Assembly: GCF_003945235.1 (NCBI RefSeq)
Contig: NZ_RSDW01000001.1
Location: 5,310,001-5,342,000, forward strand
DNA: 32,000 nt
Reading direction: 5' to 3'
Origin: Edaphobacter aggregans
GTDB taxonomy: Bacteria; Acidobacteriota; Terriglobia; Terriglobales; Acidobacteriaceae
How positions within the stretch are numbered: the stretch's first letter is position 1; every line of letters begins with the position of its first letter. Below the pieces are notes generated by a model, which was not told the origin of the DNA, searched no databases, and worked only from the letters and a program-made list of their open reading frames with translations. Shown in pieces: positions 25,298-32,000 of this stretch. The translations under genes were made by a program, and so were the position numbers.

Positions 25298-25489
25298 TCA
25301 CACTCCCACTCCTTGAGCCAAGATGAAGGTCTCGGAGCCGGAAGCGATCCTTTCAAACGCACTGTTGATCGTTTCCTGGGTGTTCGTGGAAGAAATGTGC
25401 AGGCGTCTAGTAGCTTTCGCTACGCTCTGACAAAGCATGTATTTATTTGTGATGATCTCTTTCGCGCGAAAAATGATTTCAGGACGCAT
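25298..25489 (-). CDS. RNA-polymerase-omega-like small protein (paralog type common in Acidobacteriota)
   Basis: AAGGAG lies 4 nt upstream of the ATG. MRPEIIFRAKEIITNKYMLCQSVAKATRRLHISSTNTQETINSAFERIA.. fits the remembered pattern MR.E..F......N[RK]Y[LM]L...A.KATR.LH...T..Q.T.N...ER. It is not in the usual gmk-rpoZ context. Confidence 0.45.
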   Translation of the reverse strand: MRPEIIFRAKEIITNKYMLCQSVAKATRRLHISSTNTQETINSAFERIASGSETFILAQGVGV

Positions 25490-25857
25490 GCATCTCCTTT
25501 CTTTCGGCTTTCACAAGAGTATTTTCTCGGAAGGCAGAGTGAATTGCAGAGTCTGGTTTGTTCGATCAATCGAACGAAATAGTCAGCCGGAACCGTTATC
25601 TACCTGTCCTTTTGCGTAATTCCTGGGGATGGATAGGTTGAGCCTATAGGACGCTGGCGAAGCCTAGAGCTATTCCCTAGGGTAGAGAAGGATCGGATGA
25701 TTGTAATGTTGCATAATGGGCCGTTACGCGGCACGTTTGTCCAATCAAGCGTATGGTTAGGACAGTACCTGAGTTTCAGCTTCTCGCCTTCAGCATCCAT
25801 TGCTTCGCTCCAGACGAGCACCTTTCCAAGTAAGCAACAGGATGACTGGAGAAGCCC

Positions 25858-26067
25858 ATGAGCCTTCCAAACCAATCGGACATAAAGAATCATCTCGTGC
25901 GTCGTCAGAGAAATAATCTGATAACCTTCGATGCTGCAAGTCACTCGAAGTACCTTGATCAGCAACGGCTTGAACAGAACAAAGCTTTTGAAACCGCTCT
26001 CCCAAGTGGAGATGATGACCGTACGCCACCAGCAGTTCTAATTGAAATTAGAAGGTCGAAGGCGTGA
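25858..26067 (+). CDS. Hypothetical 69-aa protein, first gene of a coupled pair
   Basis: GGAG lies 7 nt upstream of the ATG. The product is MSLPNQSDIKNHLVRRQRNNLITFDAASHSKYLDQQRLEQNK... Its TGA overlaps the next start (GTGA). Confidence 0.55.
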   Translation: MSLPNQSDIKNHLVRRQRNNLITFDAASHSKYLDQQRLEQNKAFETALPSGDDDRTPPAVLIEIRRSKA

Positions 26068-26426
26068 AACCGCATTCGATGTTTCTGCGCGAAGGAAGTG
26101 TTCTTCCGAGTGGATTCGATCTTAGCCAAGAGAAGTTCATTGAGAACTGGATGTCCATTCGGGACACCACAGCTTTTGCTCTTGATATAAAGGTTCGCGC
26201 GGCCGGCTGGCATTTCTTTTGGTTACAAGACGTGCTCAATAGCTCAGCGGCTAGCCGGAGCGAGGCCTCGGCTCGTACCCATGCGATCGCTCGATCTCTA
26301 AAAAAAATCAGAGAGCCGTTCAATGTTGCAGAACTCCAGTTGATAACGGTTAAACGCTATCTGGGCTTCTGGGTTGCGAACGTGATGCTTATCACCCGAC
26401 ACATCCAGATTGGCGCGACAATTTAG
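26064..26426 (+). CDS. Conserved hypothetical protein (GWHFFWL ... RYLGFWVANV ... RHIQ pattern)
   Basis: The GTG start overlaps the upstream stop (alternative start ATG 26079). The product resembles uncharacterised proteins I recall from Burkholderiales, Bradyrhizobium and Acidobacteria (GWHFMW..., FNAAEL..., YPGF.VA.V, R.IQ). Confidence 0.55.
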   Translation: MKPHSMFLREGSVLPSGFDLSQEKFIENWMSIRDTTAFALDIKVRAAGWHFFWLQDVLNSSAASRSEASARTHAIARSLKKIREPFNVAELQLITVKRYLGFWVANVMLITRHIQIGATI

Positions 26427-26563
26427 CGACCCGGCCTCTTCAATGTTCCGCTCCCGGCTGGATGCGGCGATCGTGACCTCGAGAATGACCCTATGCAAGC
26501 GCGGCGACGCTAATCGATTTGCTATGCAGTTGTGATGTTGAAGGCTCTGAGAAAGCAGGGAAT

Positions 26564-28942
26564 ATGTCTACCGCGCGGCATCTTCAAGACGAAAAATCGG
26601 TAGAACTTACGCTTGTTGGAGCGCCGATCTCGGAGGCGTCCAAATTCGAATTGCAGCCATTGCCCACGCGAATTGCATTCATTGGCAACTACCTTCCCAG
26701 GCAGTGCGGCATTGCCACTTTCACAACAGATCTGTGCGCAGCGATAGGGACAGAATATGGTGTTCATCGTCTTTTTGCGATTCCTGTCAATGATCCAGAT
26801 TCAAGTTACGACTATCCAGATCAAGTGAGACTCGAGCTAACGCAAGAGGATAAAACATCGTATGAACGGGCCTCCGATTTTTTGAACTTCAACTGCAACG
26901 ACCTAGTCTGCTTGCAGCATGAGTACGGTATTTTCGGTGGAGCGGCCGGGAGCCACATACTTACATTGCTTCGAAAATTAAAGATGCCGTTAGTGACGAC
27001 GCTTCATACTGTTTTGCGTCAGCCAGATTTGGACCAGCGCGCTGTCCTTGAAGAAATTGCCCAGCTGTCGGATCGTCTTATTGTTATGAGTGAGCACGCC
27101 CGGGATTTGTTGCGAGACATCTACAGCATTTCTCGCGAAAAGATAGATATTATTCCGCACGGTGTTCCAGATCTTCCATTTACTGATCCTAACTATTTTA
27201 AGGACCATTTCAACGCCGAAGGTAAATCGGTGCTGCTCACTTTCGGACTGCTGTCACCCAATAAAGGCATTGAGAACGTGATTCGGGCATTGCCCGCGAT
27301 CCTCCAAAAACATGCAAACGTGGTCTACATGATCTCCGGAGCAACGCATCCTCAGATTAGACGGAGTGAGGGTGAACGCTATCGCGGAAGCTTGCAGACG
27401 CTGGCGGAAGAATTGGGTGTTTCCGATCAAGTCATCTTCAACGACCGCTTTGTCAGCGCTGAAGAGTTGGTTGAACATCTTGGGGCAGCAGATATTTACA
27501 TCACTCCTTATCGACAGGAGGCCCAGGTTGTCTCCGGTACATTAGCGATCGCCCTTGGAGCAGGAAAGGCGGTCATTTCTACGCCATACTGGCATGCGAA
27601 AGAACTGCTCGCAAACGGTCGAGGCGTGATCGTCCCGTTCGATGATCCTCTCGCCATTGCCGAGGCAGCAGTTAGCCTGTTGGAAAATAGTGGTGAGCGG
27701 CATGCAATGCGCAAGCGTGCATACCTTTACTCGCGCGGCACAACCTGGAGGCGTACCGCGCAGGCTTACATGACAACTTTTCAGCGTGCCCGGGCTGAGC
27801 GAATGTCCAGACCCAGAGCCACGTCAAAGGATCTGGCAGCAGCCGAAGTTACAGGCGCGTTACCATCGATCAATTCGAGTCACTTGACCAGCCTGACGGA
27901 CGATACGGGCATCGTGCAGCACGCCATATTTTCAGTTCCCAATAATATTGAGGGCTATACGACCGACGACAATGCCCGCGCTCTGATTGTTTCCGTGTTG
28001 ATGGATGTTTCGGCTCAGTCGAGCCAATCCAATTTCGCTAGATTGTCTCATCGCTACCTGGCGTTTTTACTGTTGGCGTTTTGTGAAAAGACCGGACGCT
28101 TCAGGAACTTCCTAAGTTATGGACGTCAGTGGCAGGAGGATGTCGGATCAGAAGATAGTCATGGTCGCGCTCTTTGGGCGTTAGGAACCGTTCTTGGAGA
28201 GTCTGAGGATCCTGGTCTAAGAGGCGCGGCAGGCAGGCTCTTTGAAGCAGCGGTGCCGGCTGCTCTGACGTTCACGAGTCCTCGTGCATGGGCATTTTCG
28301 GTGTTAGGGTTGCAAGCTTATTTGGACAGGTTTCCTGGTGATCGAGCGATCCAGGCCGCTCGCAACAAGTTGGCCAATCGGCTTTTGGATATATACGAAC
28401 GCAGTAACATCCCGACATGGAGATGGTTCGAGAAGAGTCTGTCTTACTCCAACGCGCGGTTGTCCCAGGCGCTTATCGTTGCAGGGGACCGAAGCCAAAA
28501 CGTCCGGATGCTCGAAGCAGGGTGTGAATCTCTGCGGTGGCTTCTCGCCGAGCAGCATCGAGAACACAACGATATTTTCGTACCGATTGGCTCCATGGGA
28601 TTCTTGATGCAAGGAGCTGAGAAGGCACGTTTCGATCAGCAACCCATAGAAGCATGCGGAACAATTTCGGCATGTCTTCAAGCCTTCAAACTAACCGACG
28701 ATAGCAACTGGCTTCGAGAAGCATGGTCAGCGTTTCGCTGGTTTCTTGGAGAAAACGACCTTCAAGTTCCGCTCTACGACCCAACGACCGGTGGCTGTCG
28801 CGATGGCCTTCACCCAGACCGCGTGAATGAAAACCAGGGGGCCGAATCAACTCTCTCGTTCCTGATGGCCCTTCTCGAAATGCAAAGTATCGAGCTCGCG
28901 ACGTTAGTCGAGCCGAATCAGGAAATGAGTGTGTCCAATTGA
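26564..28942 (+). CDS. GT4-family glycosyltransferase fused to a ~370-aa C-terminal helical domain
   Basis: The start is taken at ATG 26564 inside the tracked ORF 26519-28942. The N-terminal ~430 aa are GT-B/GT4-like (IAFIGNYLPRQCGIATFT..., LLTFGLLSPNKGIE..., ITPYRQEAQVVSGTLAIALGAGKAVISTPY). The C-terminal part is rich in W/R/L helices (..DDNARALIV...HGRALWALG...YSNARLSQALI...NQGAESTLSFLMALLEM). Confidence 0.9.
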   Translation: MSTARHLQDEKSVELTLVGAPISEASKFELQPLPTRIAFIGNYLPRQCGIATFTTDLCAAIGTEYGVHRLFAIPVNDPDSSYDYPDQVRLELTQEDKTSYERASDFLNFNCNDLVCLQHEYGIFGGAAGSHILTLLRKLKMPLVTTLHTVLRQPDLDQRAVLEEIAQLSDRLIVMSEHARDLLRDIYSISREKIDIIPHGVPDLPFTDPNYFKDHFNAEGKSVLLTFGLLSPNKGIENVIRALPAILQKHANVVYMISGATHPQIRRSEGERYRGSLQTLAEELGVSDQVIFNDRFVSAEELVEHLGAADIYITPYRQEAQVVSGTLAIALGAGKAVISTPYWHAKELLANGRGVIVPFDDPLAIAEAAVSLLENSGERHAMRKRAYLYSRGTTWRRTAQAYMTTFQRARAERMSRPRATSKDLAAAEVTGALPSINSSHLTSLTDDTGIVQHAIFSVPNNIEGYTTDDNARALIVSVLMDVSAQSSQSNFARLSHRYLAFLLLAFCEKTGRFRNFLSYGRQWQEDVGSEDSHGRALWALGTVLGESEDPGLRGAAGRLFEAAVPAALTFTSPRAWAFSVLGLQAYLDRFPGDRAIQAARNKLANRLLDIYERSNIPTWRWFEKSLSYSNARLSQALIVAGDRSQNVRMLEAGCESLRWLLAEQHREHNDIFVPIGSMGFLMQGAEKARFDQQPIEACGTISACLQAFKLTDDSNWLREAWSAFRWFLGENDLQVPLYDPTTGGCRDGLHPDRVNENQGAESTLSFLMALLEMQSIELATLVEPNQEMSVSN

Positions 28943-29967
28943 ACCCAACTATCGCCCTTCCGACGGCATTCGAGTCGTCGTCCCCTAAAGAGCGTCACCT
29001 GACAGTGTTCCCTGAGATTCCGTTGTTCACCCGTCATTCCAATAATCCGATTCTTACCCGACAAGACTGGCCCTATCCGATCAACAGCGTCTTCAATGCA
29101 GGTGCCACATTGTTACCCGATGGAGACACCTTGTTGCTCTGTCGTGTGGAAGATCGGCGAGGTCTCTCGCATCTTTGTGCCGCTCGATCGGCTAACGGGA
29201 TCGATGGCTGGCATATCGATTCCAGACCGACCCTCATGTCAAATCCAACTGAGTATCCCGAGGAGATATGGGGTATCGAAGACCCCCGTATAACCTATGT
29301 TCCTGAGCTGGAACAATACGCGATTGCCTATACCTCCTTCGCTAGAGGCGGTCCTGGCGTTTCCCTCGCGCTGACGAGAGATTTCAGAAGCTTTGAGCGA
29401 TATGGTGTGATCATGCCACCGGAGGATAAAGATGCAGCACTGTTGCCGCGTCGCATTGGAGGTTTCTGGGCACTGATCCACCGGCCCGTGACAACGCTTG
29501 GCGCCCACATGTGGATCTCTTACTCGCCAGATCTGCGGCATTGGGGAAGCCACAAAGTAATTCTCGAAGCGCGACGAGGAGGTTGGTGGGATGCGAACAA
29601 GATTGGTCTCTGTTCACCCCCGATTGAGACCTCCAGGGGATGGCTGGTGCTTTATCACGGCGTTAGACAGACAGCATCCGGAAGCATCTATCGTCTAGGC
29701 TTAGCTCTCTTCGATCTAGATAAACCGGAAATTTGTTTGCGGCGGGGAGATTCCTGGATGTTCGGCCCAGAAGCGCCTTACGAACGCAGCGGAGATGTCA
29801 ATGACGTTGTCTTTCCGTGCGGCCAAACACTCGCCGCGGACGGAGATACGATTCATCTCTATTACGGGGCAGCGGACTCGTGCATTGCAATGGCAACTGG
29901 AAGTATCCGTGCTCTTCTCTCTTGGCTGGATGCGAATTCTGAAGCAACAAATGCAGTGAACTCATAG
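28939..29967 (+). CDS. GH130-family (DUF377) beta-mannoside phosphorylase/glycosidase-like protein
   Basis: The TTG start overlaps the GT stop (TTGA). GH130 hallmarks are present: NPILT..., SVFNAGATL, GIEDPRITYV, EDKDAALLPRR, ANKIG, WLVLYHGV and HLYYGAADS. Confidence 0.9.
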   Translation: MNPTIALPTAFESSSPKERHLTVFPEIPLFTRHSNNPILTRQDWPYPINSVFNAGATLLPDGDTLLLCRVEDRRGLSHLCAARSANGIDGWHIDSRPTLMSNPTEYPEEIWGIEDPRITYVPELEQYAIAYTSFARGGPGVSLALTRDFRSFERYGVIMPPEDKDAALLPRRIGGFWALIHRPVTTLGAHMWISYSPDLRHWGSHKVILEARRGGWWDANKIGLCSPPIETSRGWLVLYHGVRQTASGSIYRLGLALFDLDKPEICLRRGDSWMFGPEAPYERSGDVNDVVFPCGQTLAADGDTIHLYYGAADSCIAMATGSIRALLSWLDANSEATNAVNS

Positions 29968-30001
29968 CCTGTGAAATCGGGCATGTGAGGAGGTTAATTA
30001 G

Positions 30002-30214
30002 ATGAACTCGATAGTCTTCAGATTGCCAGATCGATTCCCACAATTCTTGTGGCTTCGCAAAACGTGCTCTCTCTGCACATCAATAGAATTCGAAGCCGCA
30101 GAAGTGCAGCCACTCGATGCGCTCTTAAGCTTCTTTGCACTGAAACCAGTCCGGTGCCTTAATTGTTGGCGTCGCTATTACTGGTTTGTAAGAAAGGGCG
30201 AATCCTCGATATGA
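30002..30214 (+). CDS. Small zinc-ribbon protein (CxxC-x28-CxxC)
   Basis: GAGGAGG lies 7 nt upstream of the ATG, 35 nt after the GH130 stop. The product is MNSIVFRLPDRFPQFLWLRKTCSLCTSIEFEAAEVQPLDALLSFFALKPVRCLNCWRRYYWF.. Confidence 0.6.
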   Translation: MNSIVFRLPDRFPQFLWLRKTCSLCTSIEFEAAEVQPLDALLSFFALKPVRCLNCWRRYYWFVRKGESSI

Positions 30215-30272
30215 ACATTCCAGCACAGCGCAAATCTGCCTCAGGTTTCAGCGAATCCAAGGAAACACTTAT

Positions 30273-30644
30273 TTGAAAAATTCTGAATATTCTTTCGGTT
30301 CTACATCGAACGATCTGCTATTTAAGCTCGATCCAAAGCTGCCGCATTCTTATCTCAATTATCAGGTAATCGCGCAAAACAGAGAAGAAGTGCAGGATAT
30401 CCAGAACGCCCCATCCATCAGTATCAGCACATACCTGACCGACTCGGCACAGACGCAGCTTCTCACGACAATTAGCGTTTACAGTCAAAGAGGCGAAAGC
30501 ACTGATCAAATTCGATTACTCTACATGAACGCTGTTGCGTGTTCGGTATGGCACGATATGGGCAGGTCAGCCCTAATAATCGGTTCAGTACATCGTCCAC
30601 CGAAGACGACTTCGCTGACATTTGGAGTGCCATTTAGTGAATAG
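30273..30644 (+). CDS. Hypothetical protein (weak call, TTG start, AT-richer region)
   Basis: A 123-aa ORF with AAGGA 9 nt upstream of the TTG. I recognise no family. Confidence 0.3.
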   Translation: MKNSEYSFGSTSNDLLFKLDPKLPHSYLNYQVIAQNREEVQDIQNAPSISISTYLTDSAQTQLLTTISVYSQRGESTDQIRLLYMNAVACSVWHDMGRSALIIGSVHRPPKTTSLTFGVPFSE

Positions 30645-30792
30645 AAGGTGTTTTAGGTCGCATTACGCGGCCCCTCAGATGCATCTTCGACCTTGGCAGT
30701 AGCGACACCAATTAGGGCGCAACCGTATCTTGACAACAATAAGTGCACAAGCCTACGGTTAACACCGAGCGAGTCTCTTTCTTACTCTTTCA

Positions 30793-30836
30793 GGTTCACT
30801 GAACTAAGTCAGCCCATCTGAAGTTTTTCCTCTTAG
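30793..30836 (+). promoter_or_regulatory. Conserved upstream block shared with the SYLF gene (GGTTCACTGAACTAAGTCAGCCCATCTGA-N7-CCTCTTAG)
   Basis: The 18-mer CTAAGTCAGCCCATCTGA (30804-30821) is identical to the reverse strand of 17039-17056. The flanking GGTT..CTGA and downstream CCTCTTAG are also shared. The block ends 41 nt before the hsp20 ATG. It contains nested repeats CTGA-N6-TCAG-N5-CTGA and a CCCATCT box. Confidence 0.5.
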
Positions 30837-30855
30837 ACCTACTGCTAAGGAGGAA
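30827..30855 (+). promoter_or_regulatory. SD-sequestering hairpin in the hsp20 leader (candidate RNA thermometer)
   Basis: TTCCTCTTAG (30827-30836) pairs with CTAAG-GAGGAA (30845-55). That gives 10 bp with a single bulged G (30849 or 30850) and the 8-nt loop ACCTACTG. The AAGGAGG Shine-Dalgarno (30847-30853) lies entirely inside the stem, and the ATG is at 30863. Confidence 0.5.
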
Positions 30856-30862
30856 CTGCGTC

Positions 30863-31363
30863 ATGACACTATTGACCGGTTGGGAATCCGTCCGCGAATT
30901 ATCCGCTATGCAAGACCGCATGAACCGCATGAACCGTCTTTTCCGCGAGTCGTATGGGTCCGAAGTGCCGGAAGAGGCGTTGACAACCACCACCCTCGCA
31001 CCGCCAGTGGACATCTACGAAGACGAGCACAACATTATTCTGAAGATCGAAGTCCCGGGCATCGACGAAAAAGAAATTGATGTTCGCATTCAGAACAACA
31101 CCCTCACCGTCCAAGGCGAGCGCAAGATCGAGAAGGAAGAGAAAGAGGAGAACTTCCGCCGCGTCGAGCGGCAATACGGAAGCTTTACTCGCTCGTTCAC
31201 ACTTCCCAGCTCCGTGGATCCGGGGCAAGTGAGCGCCCGCTGTGATAAGGGCGTGCTGAAGATTAGCTTGGCCAAGAAGGTTGAAGCCAAGCCCACGCAG
31301 ATCAAAGTCAATGTTGGCGGCGAGAAGACGCTCGAAGCCGTGACTCCAGGAAAGGCTGCATAA
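30863..31363 (+). CDS. Hsp20/alpha-crystallin small heat-shock protein
   Basis: 166 aa. Alpha-crystallin domain: PPVDIYEDEHNIILKIEVPGIDEKEIDVRIQNNTLTVQGERK...FRRVERQYGSFTRSFTLPSSVD...GVLKISLAK. Confidence 0.92.
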   Translation: MTLLTGWESVRELSAMQDRMNRMNRLFRESYGSEVPEEALTTTTLAPPVDIYEDEHNIILKIEVPGIDEKEIDVRIQNNTLTVQGERKIEKEEKEENFRRVERQYGSFTRSFTLPSSVDPGQVSARCDKGVLKISLAKKVEAKPTQIKVNVGGEKTLEAVTPGKAA

Positions 31364-31381
31364 ACCGGTAACGAATGGAGA

Positions 31382-31420
31382 AATGGGAGGTTGGCTTTAT
31401 ACTGCCTCCCATTCTATTTT
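31382..31420 (+). terminator. Rho-independent terminator of hsp20
   Basis: AATGGGAGG (31382-31390) pairs with CCTCCCATT (31405-31413) around a 14-nt loop, followed by CTATTTT. It starts 19 nt after the stop. Confidence 0.6.
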
Positions 31421-32000
31421 CCCTCCACGCGCCTCCGCCGCTGTGTCGCCAGTCTGTCTGCCCCAGCGTTCCGCCAGCGTCGAGCACTCACAATACATGA
31501 AAAAACTCTACGAGGGGGCGTTCCTCACCTCCGAAGATAAACAATCTCCCGTAACTCCATCGTCAACTATGAAGTCGGCCTTCACCAGCCAGGAGGCCGC
31601 TAGGATTAGTTACGAGAACCGCTCTTGTCGTCAGTTATCCCGTTATTTCTGGATTGTCGGCAATCCGGGAAAGAATCCGCGTTACAAATCTCGATCAGCG
31701 CAAAATCGCCAATTCACTCATCGTGGAATGCGAGCCACATGGCCGAATATGTATGGTCCGCCGTCCGACTGCAAGGAAAAAGCTAGAAGCGAACAAGACA
31801 AGTCTGCGCAAATGTATTCGGCCTTTGGTCGAGCACTGCGCTCCTGGCCAGGATGAGTTGCGCGCGTATCTGTCCTTATTAGTCGGTCGGTTGTTGCAAA
31901 CCAACGCGTCCAGCAGGTTTCCAGACACGCCGTTGTGACTGTTCTTTCGTCCTTGCTGTTTCTGTGCAGACCTTGGTGGGTAAACTTTAAGCCGTCGTCG

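Noticed and set aside
30730-30758. TTGACA-N18-TACGGT sigma-70-like promoter upstream of hsp20, and a similar TTGACC-N18-CGTTAA upstream of the DUF892 gene (about 20345-20375, minus strand)
   Set aside because: The -10 elements are poor and the spacing is long. The resemblance between the two is limited to TTGAC and CG(G)TTAA. It is not strong enough to call without TSS data.
30800-30821. Reading the conserved block as an RpoE-type promoter (GAACT ... TCTGA)
   Set aside because: The AAC-to-TCTGA distance is about 12 nt, whereas the enterobacterial sigma-E consensus has about 18. The spacing does not fit.
31383-32000. Three mutually overlapping ORFs (31383-31856 +, 31654-31938 +, 31695-31928 -) after the hsp20 terminator
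   Set aside because: None has a convincing RBS or a recognisable family, and their compositions are Arg/Ser-rich. I cannot decide which, if any, is coding.
1-32000. Search for CRISPR arrays, rRNA/tRNA genes and long direct or tandem repeats
   Set aside because: No regularly spaced repeats, no rRNA-like conserved blocks and no cloverleaf candidates were seen by eye. The only repeats are the paralogous genes, the Gln-codon tract and the short motifs reported above.

Overview
This window is probably chromosomal DNA from a soil Acidobacteriota-type genome. That assignment is inferred from gene content: a PEP-CTERM protein, omega-like small proteins, many receiver domains and stress genes. From left to right it contains: (1) two tandem type-I arylsulfatase paralogs. 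(2) A roughly 4 kb gene-decay zone (about 4.9-8.7 kb) made of truncated or frameshifted mobile-element and housekeeping fragments: IS481-type transposase, ArdC-like, ParB-like, ArsR, DUF606 and ApbA-like. (3) A regulatory cluster in which two convergent, ~86% identical Crp/Fnr paralogs bracket a response regulator whose only output is a CxxC-x19-CxHC module. The same Cys/His spacing recurs in three stand-alone ~60-aa proteins (9410-9607, 22053-22250, 22294-22467). I consider this the most interesting candidate for an undescribed system. (4) A stress and envelope island: YihY, SYLF, a small membrane protein, an OmpA-like protein, a Gln-rich secreted protein, DUF892, Mn-catalase and Hsp20. (5) A GT4-fusion / GH130 / zinc-ribbon operon preceded by a conserved-unknown two-gene cassette. 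Non-coding signals: an 18-nt identical block (about 30 nt similar) upstream of both hsp20 and the SYLF gene; a 10-bp bulged-G hairpin that sequesters the hsp20 Shine-Dalgarno (candidate RNA thermometer); and two intergenic TGAGCT-N4-AGCTCA palindromes. Five apparent frameshifts sit in short homopolymer runs, so assembly error and true pseudogenisation cannot be told apart here. Everything was read by eye and no database search was run.
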